A stretch of DNA of 63,968 nucleotides, the filler included, from Octopus bimaculoides (Eukaryota): NCBI RefSeq assembly GCF_001194135.2. It is 4 parts of 4 records of this genome, joined end to end, with 100 filler letters (N's around TTAATTAATTAA, not from the genome) between each part and the next. Parts side by side here need not be neighbours in the genome. Positions count along the whole stretch, not along the records: positions 1 to 25,971 come from NC_068981.1; positions 26,072 to 46,573 come from NC_068998.1; 2 more parts are not named here. One strand, written 5' to 3'. The notes under the pieces are model-generated. The model was not told where the DNA came from and ran no database searches. It worked only from the letters and a program-made list of their open reading frames with translations. Of the stretch, positions 13,112-27,074 are shown piece after piece; within the stretch, counting starts at the first letter, position 1, and the number at the start of each line of letters is the position of its first letter. The position numbers and the translations under genes were made by a program.

Positions 13112-13981
13112 TGCATTACAAATGTTAGAAATCTGTGTGTGTGTGTGTGGATGTGCGTGTATGTGCGTGTGTGTGTCTGTGTGTGTCTGTGTCTGTGTGT
13201 GTCTGTGTTTGACCTCCCACCACCACCACCACCACCATCACCGCTCAACAACCGGTGTTGGTTTGTTTGCGTCCCGTACCATAGTGGTTTGGCAAAAGAA
13301 ACCAATAGATTAAGTACCAGGCTCAGAAGGAAAAAAAATGCGTTCTGAGATGAATTTGTTCGAACTAAAACTCTTCAAGGCGGTGCCCCAGCAAGATCAC
13401 AGTCCAATGAGTGAAACAATTAAAAGATTAAACTGAAAGATAAAAGATAAATGATAAAAGCTGTCACACCAAGCCGACATAATAATCCACTTCTTCATTT
13501 AGTCCAATTAATCAAAGTGGTTCTCTGAAATCATAAAATTGAGGATAATTTCCACAATTGAACCCTATTGACAAATGCTATAGTACATCATTAAATCAAA
13601 ACAGAATTTAATATCGTTTTAAAAACAAAGAATCTTTATTAATATAATATTTCGGAAAGAATGGTACAAATTACAAAGAGCAATATTATTGATTAATAAA
13701 ACAACTTTCTGACAATACGATGAAAAGAATTTTAAACAAAAAAAGCGTTAAAATAAAATCATGCCGGAAACATTGATTATTGAATTATGGTTATGAATAA
13801 ACATAAATTCTCATTTTGAGAAAGTTTCAATACAATAACTGATTTAATTTTAACAAAAAAAAAATGCGTTTCAAATAGATTGTTTTTCTTTTCTGAAATA
13901 AAGAATTTTGCAAGTTTACCGAAAACATTTTCATTGTGGTGTATATGCACATATGTGAGTATGTGTGTGTATGTGAGAGTG

Positions 13982-14081
<100 letters not shown>

Positions 14082-14228
14082 TGTGTGTGTGTGTGTGTGT
14101 GTGCGTAAGAATGTGTACGTGTGTGCGTGTGTGTGTGTTTGAGTATGTGTGTATGAATGTGAGAGTGTGTACATGTATGTGTGACTGTACGAGAATATGC
14201 AGAAGTGTGTACGTTCGTATCTGTTTGC

Positions 14229-14264
<36 letters not shown>

Positions 14265-15252
14265 CGTGTGTTACTACTAATACTGTATAGTTTACAATGT
14301 TTTCTATTAGTCCGCTCCCTGTCTATAACTCACGGGTGTAGCCAATACATCCTGAAGAAAGATAAGGTTGTAATAAGGGTAACCTTGTTGGTGCACATTT
14401 GTATATATTAATGTGTGTGCAATGTACATGTATGGGAGCGTTCATGTGTGTTGTGGTGAAGCGCTGTCATTCAACGATGATGATTCAGGCGTTCGTTTGA
14501 CTGAGGTACCTTCTGAATTATCAAGATTTAGCTTGATTCTGAATGAGTGGAGGAAAAAAGCGTTTGACGTTTCGGACTTATTGTGCTTCATCAGAAAGAA
14601 AAAGCAAAGAAAGCGGATGGAAGGAAAGAAGAAAAGAAAGGAGGACAAGAGTTAAATCATCTACCATAACAAGAAGGCTATCTTTAGTGATTAACTCTTC
14701 TCTCTATCTCTCTCTCTCGCTCGCTCTCTCTTTCTTTCTTTCTTTCTTTTTGATAGGCAATTAAGTCCAAAACGTGAAAAACATTTCTTTCCTTCCTTCA
14801 CTCAGTGTCAAACTAAATCAATATTTTACTATGTTATTCGTTTTGCTGATGTGAACAGATTTGTTTGCATCTATTTTAAGTTACTTCTTGGATTACCATT
14901 TCGGATTAGCATAGCAGATTACGTCGGATCTAGTTTATTGCCTGTTTTTATCTATATATGCTTATGTGGCTACATGTACGAGTATTTATCTGTGTGTGTA
15001 TATTATATATGTGCTTTTATCTATGTATTTATGTATGTGTCTGTACACGCATGCGTACGTGTCCTTACCTTGATGGGATTTGAATTCAGAACGTAGGTTA
15101 AGAAGTTCACTTTGCAACCACTTGGACTCGGGTTCATTCTCACTGCGCAGTGCCTTGGGTAACTACTGTAGCTCCGGACCGACCAATACCTTGTGAGTGA
15201 ATTTGGGAGACGGAAACTGTGTGGAAGCCTGTCGTATATGTGTACGTCTGTC

Positions 15253-15284
<32 letters not shown>

Positions 15285-15625
15285 TGTATGTATGTATGTA
15301 TGTATGTATGTGTGTGTGTATGCGTATATGTGTGTTTGTCTTTCATTACCATTTGATAAACAGTGTTAGTTTTGTTAACGTCTCAGCAAAAGAGGCCGAT
15401 GGAATAAATTACTAGACTTAAAAATAAGTACTGGGTCCGATCTATTTAACTAAACTCTTGCAGGCAGTGCCCCAGCATGGTGGCAATACAATGACTGAAA
15501 CAAGTAAAAGGTAAAATATATTTAGTCCAGAATTCTACCATTTATGAAACTCCATTACTGTTTAAATATATGTCATAAGAAACTCATAGGAATGTGTGTG
15601 TATATGTGTGTGCGTGTGTGTGTGT

Positions 15626-16083
<458 letters not shown>

Positions 16084-16199
16084 TATGTGCGTGTATGTGT
16101 GTGTGTGTGTGTCTAGCTATCAAGTGCATATCTGTCTAGCTATCAAGTGAGACACGGGATGCTGGGCGGATGTTACAGCGCTTACTGCGGCGTTCGCTA

Positions 16200-16318
16200 C
16201 GCCAACTAGCTGGTTCGTAACCCGAATTTTAGCTCGCAACTCAAAGCAAAAAATCGTCCGACAAACGTTTCGTATCTTGAAAATCTCGTTAGTTGAAACA
16301 CTTGTAAGTCAAGGTACC

Positions 16319-16322
<4 letters not shown>
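16200..16322. mobile_element. Orphan right end of the same Tigger-type MITE family
   Basis: gttagttgaaacacttgtaagtcaaggtaccactg repeats 16049-16083; no left TIR seen. Confidence 0.7.
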
Positions 16323-16380
<58 letters not shown>

Positions 16381-16499
16381 CGCGCGCGCGCAACCATAAT
16401 GTATTACAAAAATATATTAAACGTTTTTATAAGTCAATATCGGGTTTTACTGTGTTGGCAGTACTCCTAAAACACGGTATTGATTTATAAAAACGTTTA

Positions 16500-16804
16500 A
16501 TTACTTTGTAGTATACAGTTCTATATTTAAGAGATGAGGAATTATGTACATTATTTAGATTATTTACATTTGACGGCTATTTGTCCTCATCATGTTTGTT
16601 GTTAACACAACGTTTCGGCTGATATACCCTCCAGCCTTCATCAGATGTCTTGGGGAAATTTCGAACTTGGGTTCTCATTCCTAAAGTATTTTTCGATGTT
16701 ATTATTATTATTATTGTTGTTATCATTCAGGTCACTGCCTGGAATTGAACTCGGAATCTTGGGATTAGTAGCCCGCGCTCTTAACCACTACGCCATATGC
16801 CCGT
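16500..16804 (-). mobile_element. tRNA-derived SINE with ctgatgaagg...ccgaaacg tail
   Basis: Minus-strand head ggcgtagtggttaagagcgcgggct...gagttcaattcc. Confidence 0.7.
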
Positions 16805-17862
16805 GTCCCAGCAAGTCATTAATATTTACCTAGCAACTTCAGCAATGTGTTTAATATGTAAAATAGGTATATGCAATAACGTTACACCGCTATATTTAGA
16901 GGTTATTTAAGCTATGTGTTCGTGGATGAGGAATGGGTTAGATGGGTGGGTGATGAAGAAGCAAAATCTCCCGAAATATGGCATATACGCCTATTATTCA
17001 TTTTTCATCTCCGATCTCATTGTTTGTATATATCTGGCGTCTCGGATACGAAACGAAGCAAAATCAGTGCTGGCTATGTTTTCTATGGGAAATCTGTAGA
17101 AATAATCTTAAGAAGAAATTGTGAGCATTGCATCGAGTCCTAGGACTCATAGAGCCAGCTACCCGGTTTCTATGATGTATAAGTGACCAAGATCACAACA
17201 TAACCCCTGAACGGGTCTTTGGGCCACTACGTTTTATGATGGTGAGAGGGTGAAAATTTTTGTCTGGGCAACTCGGGAGGAACAAATACCACCAAGAACT
17301 TCGTTCGAAAGTACTGGTGTTTCGGTTTTTCTTCAGTTTTAATTGACACTTCGAGCTTCGCATTTACAAGCTTACTCAAATGGGTGAATAAACCAGTGAA
17401 GGAAAAGCAAACCTTAAACCAATCTTACCAATACGTGTAAGGCGAGCAGATGCTTAGCAGCATTTTGTTTAGGGTTCAAATTCCACCGAGGTTGACTTTA
17501 TCTTTCAACCTTTCGGGGTCGGTAAAATAAGTACATGTTGACCACTAGGAGTCGATGTAATCGATTTACTTCCACGTCCCCGAAAATGCTGGCCTTCTGC
17601 CAAAATGTGTGTGTGTATGTGTTCGTGCGTGTGTGTGTGTTATATCTCACGTTCGGATGACCTCTACTCAACTACCCTGACGTCTAGACTTCTCCCTCAA
17701 TATCTACGTATTGGGCTAACCTACTTCATCGTCTAGGGGCGTCGACACAACAGTGTGCATGCGTCTATGTGCGTGTGTATGTGTGGGTGTAAAGATAAAC
17801 TTTTGGTCAGTTATGTGCAACCAAATTCTACTCAAATGGTATTGATCGACTTGAGGTTATGC

Positions 17863-18012
17863 CAGGGGCGTAGCTAGAGTAAATAGAGCCCGGAGCAGTC
17901 CTTAAATTTGCCAGCCACCCTATGGAAGCTTATACAACAGACCCAAAAGTCCCATCCCCGTAAAAGCTCCGCATAGAGTGGACCGCCCCCCTCGCTCCGC
18001 CCGTAGCTACTG
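17863..18012. mobile_element. Short hAT-like MITE remnant
   Basis: caggggcgtagcta ... gtagctactg inverted termini. Confidence 0.4.
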
Positions 18013-18449
18013 AGTAAGATGGTTGATAAGATGTGGTAATAGTTGATAGTTGACAGCTACTAAGCTAAGATAGTTGATATGGTAAAGTGTGATCAAACCT
18101 TACGACGAATTTGTTAACACAGACAAGCTATTATCAACCACAGCCAGCCTTCGTCAAGAAATTCATAGACAAGAATCAATGTCAGAAACAATTTTTTGTT
18201 TTATATTGTAATTCTAGAATTTTCATTGTGTTTTGCACCAATTTCTTTCTTCAAATGGATTTTATGCTTTGATAAATTCAAGTAAAATACTTGTAGAAAT
18301 TGAATATTTGAAACCTAGAAGCTTTTGAGAATATTAAGCAGTCATCTAGAAGTACGAAAATTATGTTTGTTCAGATAACTTATTTCCCTTAATTCTAGCC
18401 TAAACATTGGAACAATTGCTGCAACAGTTTGAGAAAGCGCGCGCACACA

Positions 18450-18521
<72 letters not shown>

Positions 18522-19073
18522 CAAAAGTATAAGTGCATACATAAAAACATGCATATGTGTGTGCTTGTGCGCGCGCACTTGCGTGTGCATTTGCTGACAG
18601 CCATTGCCTATACTTTTACGCTAGACTTGAGACTATAACTACCTGAATTTACCTGCACGTAGACACAAATGCTTTTTTTTGTTTACCTTCTGCATGACAG
18701 TCAATGAAATTTAACAGACCAAAATTATATGGAATTCAGTCGTATACATACATACATACATACATACATACATGCCTACGTATACGCATTCAAACACATT
18801 ATTTACATGCGTGTGAGAGTATAATGTATGCCTGTCTGTGTGCGTGTGCATGTTTCCGTGTGTTTCCGTGTGTCTTCCGTGTGTCTGTTTAAGTCATCTA
18901 CAAGATCATTCATCCCCTAGCTCGGCGGTTTCGTCAGTTTCGTGTGAAAACTAATGAAATAAAAATATCATACATTTTTTTTATCTTTTGTCATTTATTT
19001 GTTTCAGTCATTTGACTGCGGTCATGCTGGTGCACCGCCCTGTATGTATGTATGTATGTATGTATGTATGTAT

Positions 19074-19461
19074 GGAGGCGCAATGGCCCAGTGGTTAGGG
19101 CAGCGGACTCGCAGTTATAGGATCGCGGTTTCGATTCCAAGACCGGGCGTTGTGAGTGTTTATTGAGCGAAAACACCTAAAAGCTCCACGAGGCTCCGGC
19201 AGGGGATGGTGGCGAACCCTGCTGTACTCTTCCACCACAACTTTCTCTCACTCTTACTTCCTGTTTCTGTTGTGCCTGTAATTCAAAGGGTCAGCCTTGT
19301 CACACTGTGTCACGCTGAATATCCCTGAGAACTACGTTAAGGGTACACGTGTCTGTGGAGTGCTCAGCCACTTGCACGTTAATTTCACGAGCAGGCTGTT
19401 CCGCTGATCGGATCAACTGGAACTCTCGATGTCGTAAACGACGGAGTGCCAACAACAACAA
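19074..19461 (+). mobile_element. tRNA-derived SINE, full length (family D)
   Basis: A-box TGGCCCAGTGG, B-box GTTTCGATTCC, LINE-like tail ending gacggagtgcc(aac)n; second copy at 59748-60098. Confidence 0.85.
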
Positions 19462-19559
19462 ATGTATGTATGTATGTATGTATGTACGTACGTATGATGT
19501 AAATATGTATGTATGTTTTTCTTTGAGTTTAATTTAAATTCTTCTTGAGAGAGTTCAAG

Positions 19560-19855
19560 CTGGTTGCTAACAAAGCAACATTTTGAGTTAAGAGAGCTCC
19601 CGGTGTTTCTAAATATGTCGTTGAATTGGTGTGTTGGTTGAACTGTCCATGTGTATACATCTATTCACATAAGAATCTCATAAGGAAAATTTCTGGGGTG
19701 TCTTACAAATCTTCACTGTGTCATTAATACGTTGGATTTGGAGAATTTGTGTCGGCTTCTTGTGCTCTTTTACCGTGAAACCAAGTGTTTCTAGGTTTTG
19801 GGGCAAATCTGTTTGTACATAACTTAATTCACTTATGATGACGAGTACACATGAA
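19560..19855 (-). mobile_element. RLE-type LINE C-terminal fragment (related R4/Dong-like subfamily)
   Basis: Minus-strand translation VIISELSYVQTDLP..LETLGF...QIQRINDTVKICKT parallels the 20760-20925 peptide. Confidence 0.65.
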
Positions 19856-19911
19856 AATTCATATTCTTATACATACATACATACATACATACATACATAC
19901 ATACATACATA

Positions 19912-20337
19912 CAGGGCCGGATTAAGACCCATCGAGGCCCTAAGCACTTAAAAGGTTTTGGTGTCCCCATAAAAGATTATGTAATTCAAAATATAAACAA
20001 TAACAAACCATAAAATAACTATACATTCTTCAAAACGAAACAAAACAGTAAAATTGAACATAATGTTTATTTTTGTATACTTCCACTTTATTTATATTTG
20101 GTAAGTTTCCTCCTACTTTGATCTGATCCTCAAAATTAACGTTAGGTAACACATCTGCATCTGTACTTAATAGAGATAATGACATCCCGAAGATTATTTT
20201 AGCAAGTTTAAAGTGACTTCCTTGATGCTGTAAACCATTTACCATTTCTGCGATGCCCCCTCCTTCTCTTGATGCCCCCTCCTTCTCTTGATGCCCTAAG
20301 CACGTGCTTAATTTGCTTAATGGTTAATCCAGTGCTG
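19912..20337 (-). mobile_element. Non-autonomous hAT element within a (CATA)n microsatellite
   Basis: Imperfect TIRs cagggccggatta and taatccagtgctg; 8-bp catacata on both sides (not diagnostic inside a repeat). The internal minus frame MSLSLLSTDADVLPNVNFEDQI resembles the hAT C-terminal dimerisation domain. Confidence 0.65.
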
Positions 20338-20489
20338 CATACATACATACATACATACATACATACATACATACATACATACATACATACATGCATACAT
20401 ACATACGTGCGTACGTACGTACATTTATACATGCATACATACATACATACATACATACATACATACACAGCTAGGACATACATACGTAG

Positions 20490-21152
20490 CTAAGACACTC
20501 TATAATGAAATCCGTCGAAAGAATAACCCCAAGGACAAGGAAATAACAACCCACAGTACTGGGGGAATGTCCCAATGAAATCATCAATAAAATGTAAGCC
20601 AAACAGACCTGATATAATGATTTGAGATAGAGAAGAGGAACTGTGTTCAATTGTGGAAATTAGCTGCCCAGCAGATGTTAACATAAAGCTGAAGATCAGT
20701 GAAAAAAAATAATACCTACGCTGAACTATTGAGAAAGCTGCAGTTACTCTATCCAGATTACAAGTTTATACCTGTAATTATTGGGAGCTTGGGGTATGTA
20801 ACACACTGCTAAATACCAACCTTGAGAAATTAGGCTTCTCAAAACCAGAAAGGAGAAAGCTCATTCGAAGACTACAGATCCAAACCATCAATGGAACTGT
20901 AAAAATCTGTAAAACTTTCCAGTAATGTATCATTTAAGTATATATGAGCATGTCTAGATATAGAACTACATGCATAAGAATGCACACATACATAAAACAA
21001 AACATACATATCTGCACATGTACATACATACATACATACATACATAGAAAAATACCATGTTGATGTTTTAATTCCAATGAGGGAGCCTTGGATTTCGGTT
21101 AGAAACAAACTCTTTCTTTAATGGCAAGAAATCTTAAAATAAAACTGAATAA
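20490..21152 (+). mobile_element. RLE-type non-LTR retrotransposon 3' end (R4/Dong-like) with 3' UTR
   Basis: KTLYNEIRRK...NRPDIMI*DREEELCSIVEISCPADVN...IPVIIGSLGYV...GTVKICKTF; the UTR ends aaaactgaataat. Confidence 0.8.
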
Positions 21153-21550
21153 TGACATACATACATACATACATACATACATACATACATACATACATGC
21201 ATATATACGTATGTATGTGTGTATGTATATCTACATATAGATATACATACCTAATTTTCAACTTGTTGCTCGTCACAATCCTAACATTGACATCCGCTAA
21301 TGTCCTTCACCTCTCCACTACCGTCATCATTTATCTCGTCACCTGTTATGGTCATTCGTCATCTGACGCGCGTACAAACACACACATACGCAGGCACACA
21401 CATAAACACAGAAAAAAAAAAAGAAAACGGCCGACTCCTTTCTTGTGTATGTAATTATTCATGGCAAGTTGTCAAGGATGTCATGAATATCATAGAAATT
21501 ATATATGGGTGTACATATAAATATGTACGCATGAATATATGTGTGTGTGC

Positions 21551-21598
<48 letters not shown>

Positions 21599-21879
21599 NN
21601 NNNNNNNNNNNNNNNNNNNNNNNNNNNNNNNNNNNNNNNNNNNNNNNNNNNNNNNNNNNNNNNNNNNNNNNNNNNNNNNNNNNNNNNNNNNNNNNNNNNN
21701 NNNNNNNNNNNNNNNNNNNNNNNNNNNNNNNNNNNNNNNNNNNNNNNNNNNNNNNNNNNNNNNNNNNNNNNNNNNNNNNNNNNNNNNNNNNNNNNNNNNN
21801 NNNNNNNNNNNNNNNNNNNNNNNNNNNNNNNNNNNNNNNNNNNNNNNNNNNNNNNNNNNNNNNNNNNNNNNNNNNNNNN

Positions 21880-22266
21880 CAGTCTTTTGACTGTGGCCAT
21901 GCTGGAGCACCGCCTTTAGTCGAGCAAATCGACCCCAGGACTTATTCTTTGGAAACCTAGTACTTATTCTATCGGTTTCTTTTGCCGAACCGCTAAGTTA
22001 CGGGGACATGAACACACCAGCATCGGTTGTCAAGCGATGTTGGGGGACAAACACAGACATACAAACACATACACACACACACATATATATATATACATAT
22101 ATACGACAGGCTTCTTTCAGTTTCCGTCTACCAAATCCACTCACAAGGCTTTGGTCAGCCCGAGGCTATAGTAGAAGACACTTGCCCAAGATGCCACGCA
22201 GTGGGACTGAACCCGGGACCATGTGGTTGGTAAGCAAGCTACTTACCACACAGCCACTCCTACGCC
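21880..22266 (-). mobile_element. SINE family A copy (left member of an inverted pair)
   Basis: Near full-length match to the family A core and tail. Confidence 0.85.
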
Positions 22267-22337
22267 TATATGTATATATAATATATAAATATAATATATA
22301 TATATATTATAGAACAAATATTATATAATATATACAA

Positions 22338-22698
22338 GGCGCAGGCGTGACTGTGTGGTAACAAGCTTGCTTCCCAACCATATGGTTCCGGGTTCAGTCC
22401 CACTGCATGGAACCTTGGGTAAGTGTCTTCTACTACAGCGTCGGGCCGACCGAAGCTTTGTAAGTGGATTCAGTAGACGGAAACTGAAAGAAGCCCGTCG
22501 TGTGTGTGTGTGTATTTGTCCTCCTATCACTTGACAACTGATGTTGGTGTGTCTATGTCCCCGTAATTCAACGGTTCGGCAAAAGAAACCGATAGAATAA
22601 GTACTAATCTTACAAAGAATAAGTCCTGTGGTCGATTTGTTCGACTAAAGGCGGTGCTCTAGCATGGCCGCAGTCAAATGACTGAAACAAGTAAAAGA
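22338..22698 (+). mobile_element. SINE family A copy (right member of an inverted pair)
   Basis: ggcgcaggcgtgactgtgtggtaacaagcttgcttcccaacc...gactgaaacaagtaaaaga. Confidence 0.85.
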
Positions 22699-24799
22699 AC
22701 ATNNNNNNNNNNNNNNNNNNNNNNNNNNNNNNNNNNNNNNNNNNNNNNNNNNNNNNNNNNNNNNNNNNNNNNNNNNNNNNNNNNNNNNNNNNNNNNNNNN
22801 NNNNNNNNNNNNNNNNNNNNNNNNNNNNNNNNNNNNNNNNNNNNNNNNNNNNNNNNNNNNNNNNNNNNNNNNNNNNNNNNNNNNNNNNNNNNNNNNNNNN
22901 NNNNNNNNNNNNNNNNNNNNNNNNNNNNNNNNNNNNNNNNNNNNNNNNNNNNNNNNNNNNNNNNNNNNNNNNNNNNNNNNNNNNNNNNNNNNNNNNNNNN
23001 NNNNNNNNNNNNNNNNNNNNNNNNNNNNNNNNNNNNNNNNNNNNNNNNNNNNNNNNNNNNNNNNNNATATGAGAAGTAATTAAGATTCGGTTAAATTAGA
23101 TACTTAAGTTGAAGCACCAAGTCAGTCTGGTATTATCCGCACAGCTCAAAGTAAGGTGAATAAAATCAAAATAAGTAACAGGATATCAAGTAGTAATGCA
23201 GTACGACCGTTTCAAGTAGCTTCATTTAATTCAACAATACAATCATTACATCAAATACAACACTATCTTCAGCAGCCTAAATAGGGATTTTCAACAGACA
23301 AGGTATATTAATATAATTTTTCTTAAATATTTTAACAGAGCAAGAGGATGGAAGAATTTCATGCTGTCACTATTGTAGCAAGAATAGCTAAGAGAAGAAC
23401 AAAACTACAATTCTTAGAGTGGCATGGAACACAGTGGGGGTCATAAGGTTGTAATTCATTTCCAATTTATCTATCTCCTTATCATCCACAAAAATGTAAG
23501 ACTAGACTGCGTATATTTAGAATAAAGAGCAAAGTGAGTTGACAGCTCATAGCTGGCTGTTGGTCATAAAATTCATACTATCATAGGAACCCCACAACCC
23601 GCAAGAAAAAGAAACGAAACTTTAGAAAGAGTCAATTAGATAGTAGTAAATGTCTATAAAAGAAGTAGGGTAGGGTAGGGTGACATTAATTCATGATGTT
23701 GTCACCAGTTAAAGGGGCAAATACTGAAAATTTAGGATGTTACAATAAAATCCAGGAAAACATTAGAGGCTCAGTGGGAGTCCGTTTATAAACAATATTA
23801 TTATGTTGCATAGAAATAAAATTTTAAAAGATTTTAGAAAGGGTTACGGTTTGACACAGTGGTGGTGACTCTCAAAGCATGGGTGTTAAAACACCTGAAA
23901 GTCATGGACAAGCGGGACAACCCACCCCCAAATACTATCTCGGAGTGATGAACATGGCTATTCAGTTCGCCTCCAATTCGGTTCACACACGCAGACACAC
24001 ACACACACATACGCACACACACACATTATATATACATATATAGATATTATATAATATATATATAATGTGTGTGTGTGCGTGTGTGTGTGTGTGCGTGTGA
24101 AAGTCTCTCTGAAAATTACTTAATACAGTTTTTAAGTATAAAGAGGATTTTTTTAAAGTTACTTTTTTCAAAAAATTTTCAAATCTTTTATCAGGATGTT
24201 ACTAATCATTTTGGAAGAAGTCTTTCGATTAATCTCTTCAAACAGACACACACACACACACACATATATATATGCGCAGGAATGTGTGTGGTAAGAAGCT
24301 TGCTACCCTGCTACATAGTTCTGGGTTTAGTCCAACTGCGTGACACCTTATGAATGAATTTGAAAGATGAGAAATGAAAGCCCATCGTATGTATATATAT
24401 ACATATCTGTGTGTGTGTGTGCGCGCGCGCGCAAGTGTGTCCGTGTTTATACCCGCATTGCCGCTTGAGAACCGGTGTTGGTGTGTTTACGCACCCGTAA
24501 CTTAGCTGTTCTTCAGAAGAGACCGATAGAATAAGTACCAGGCTTTAAAAATATGTACTGGGGTCGATTCATTCGGCTAACAATCGAGGCAGTGCCCCAG
24601 CATGGCCGTGGACTACTGACTGAAATAGGTAAAGGATAAAAGATAACATATATATGTGTATGTGTGTGTGTATATATATATATGTGTGTGTGTGCGTGTG
24701 AGCGTCCTGCATAACTGGATATTTTCCAGACTAAAAATGGGCCTTTGCGCCTGAAATATAAAGGTTTTATAAAACTTTCCGCATTGTCAGAAGCTTTCT

Positions 24800-25497
24800 G
24801 TTCGTTTTGGGATAGAGTGATTTTCTCAGATGAATCCAGATTTGCATTATTTTCAGACAGTGGACATGTTTGGGTCTGGCGGCTTCCCAATCAAGAATTT
24901 GATTTGAAACGACTCCAACCAACTGTGAAACATGGCGGTATCTCTGTAATGGTATGGGGAGCTGTCACCAGCAATGGTGTTCTTAGCTGATCGAATGTGT
25001 TAGAACCATAAACTCTGAAAAATACATCGAAATACTTAAGCAAGGACTACTTCCGACGTATTCACACGATAACATAACGAAAATTGAGTTTTTATTCATG
25101 GAAGATGGGGCTCCATGCCACACAGCGGAAAGGAATCAACAATGGCTGACTGAAAATAGGATCAAAAAGAATCCTTGGCCGAGCCAATCTCCTAACATGA
25201 ACCCAATGGAAAATCTTTGGAGCATACTAGATAGAGCTATACGAAAAACTCAACAGAAACCTAAATCTAAAGATGAACTGTTTCGATTGTTGCGTGAGAA
25301 GTGGGCAGAAATTCCACAACAGACAATCACAAAACTCATCGGTTCAATTCCAAAAAGAGTTTCTGAATTAAAAACTGCAAACTGAATGTCAACTAGATAC
25401 TAAAGTATGCAGTCCTACTTATCGATTACATTTCAATTGTTCGCTTTGCGTTTTAAATAAAAGATTTTGAAAATTAAAGGTGTCTATTTACTTCCTG
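24800..25497 (+). mobile_element. Tc1-family DNA transposon, 5'-truncated copy with DD34E catalytic domain and right TIR
   Basis: [12 protein letters not shown]...[12 protein letters not shown]...EDGAPCH-(34 residues between D and E)-NPMENLW. One frameshift near 24980. The 3' end attttgaaaattaaaggtgtctatttacttcctg is the reverse complement of 62058-62091. Confidence 0.92.
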
Positions 25498-25509
25498 CAT
25501 GTCTGTGTG

Positions 25510-25579
<70 letters not shown>

Positions 25580-25774
25580 TTATATGATGGGTTTCTTTCA
25601 GTTTCCTCCTAACAAATCCACTCTCAAAGCTTTTGTCGGCCCAAGGCTATTGTAGAAGACACTTGTCTAGGGTGCTACACAGTTGGACTGAACCCGGGAC
25701 CATGTGGCTGAGAGGCAAGCTTCTTACCACACAGTCACACCCAACCGGTGTTTATCTCCATAACTAACCATCCT

Positions 25775-25821
<47 letters not shown>

Positions 25822-25829
25822 TATATATA

Positions 25830-25971
25830 CAGGGGTTGGACAAAATAATGGAAACACCTTAAAATTTCGAACAAATTTATTTTAATATGGGGTAGGACCG
25901 CCTTTGGCAGTAATTACAGCTGGAATTCTACAAGATATGGACTCGTACAAAGTTTGAATTGTTTCCAAAGG
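25830..25971. mobile_element. End of a second Tc1-like element, truncated by a spacer
   Basis: TA|CAGGGGTTGGACAAAATAATGGAAACACC, a typical Tc1-like terminus. Confidence 0.6.
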
Positions 25972-26015
25972 NNNNNNNNNNNNNNNNNNNNNNNNNNNNN
26001 NNNNNNNNNNNNNNN

Positions 26016-26027
26016 TTAATTAATTAA
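26016..26027. other. Synthetic six-frame-stop linker in an N44-TTAATTAATTAA-N44 scaffold spacer (25972-26071)
   Basis: Exactly 44 N on each side; the same construct occurs three times. Confidence 0.95.
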
Positions 26028-26324
26028 NNNNNNNNNNNNNNNNNNNNNNNNNNNNNNNNNNNNNNNNNNNNATATATATATATATATATATAACATGAAT
26101 ATACGTGACGTGTATGCCTGTATATATGTATGCATGTATGTTCGTATAAATACACATGACCATACGTGCATACATTTATGTGATCATTTGCTACTTCATA
26201 TATCTACCTCTCTATACGTTCATACATAGAAACACAATCGCAAACACCCACATGTATAGGTACACGCACACGCACGCACACACAAACGCATTTACAGAGT
26301 GAGCGATAGACAATGTACTTGAGA

Positions 26325-26366
<42 letters not shown>

Positions 26367-27074
26367 TCCAAACAAGCTGACAGAGGGAGACAGACTAACA
26401 GAGAGACGGAGAGACATAGTTGTGAGGCACATCATATGCTCCGACTCCATTAATAACAACAAATATGGACGGTAGATCGTTATCAATTCCTCTCTTGCCG
26501 CCATTAGGTAATTTACAATATTTCTTCATTTACCTTTCTATATATTATATTTCCTGGCTCTAATTTTTTTCATAGCAGAGTTCTTTCTAGCCATTTACTG
26601 GTCTTGGTGGTATTGTCAGGAAAGTAATCTCGCAGGAATTAGAAAAAAAAGGGAGATAAGAGAAGCGAAAAGAAGGGATCTTCGCTCAAAAAGATCATTA
26701 CTCTTTTTTTTTACACCGTTTTTGCTTAATAATTTTTATAGTTATCATTATTATTATTATTATTATTATTTGTTTTTGTTCCCTTGTCTAATTTTGAGGG
26801 TTAATTATGTATACTTCTACTTTGGTTGTTGTGTGTGTATGTGTATGTGTGTGTGTGTGTAAGCGGGTGTGTCAGGCATTTTATGTCGCATGGATGCTCG
26901 CACACACAATTACACAGCCATATGTACGTAAATACACACGCATACACACACAAACACACACATACACACACATACATATACATATGGGTGCGTGGTTAAG
27001 AAGTTCAATATGCAATTAAGTGCGTAGTTTCGGGTTCGATCCTATTGCGCATCACATTGGTTAAGTCTCTTATA

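Noticed and set aside
19074-19150. tRNA-like sequence with A and B boxes
   Set aside because: No closing acceptor stem, and it continues into a ~390-bp body repeated at 59748; it is a SINE head, not a tRNA gene. The same applies to the heads at ~16740-16804 and ~43580-43640.
26016-26027. TTAATTAATTAA as a piggyBac TTAA site or homeodomain motif
   Set aside because: Centred in exactly 44+44 N three times; a synthetic linker.
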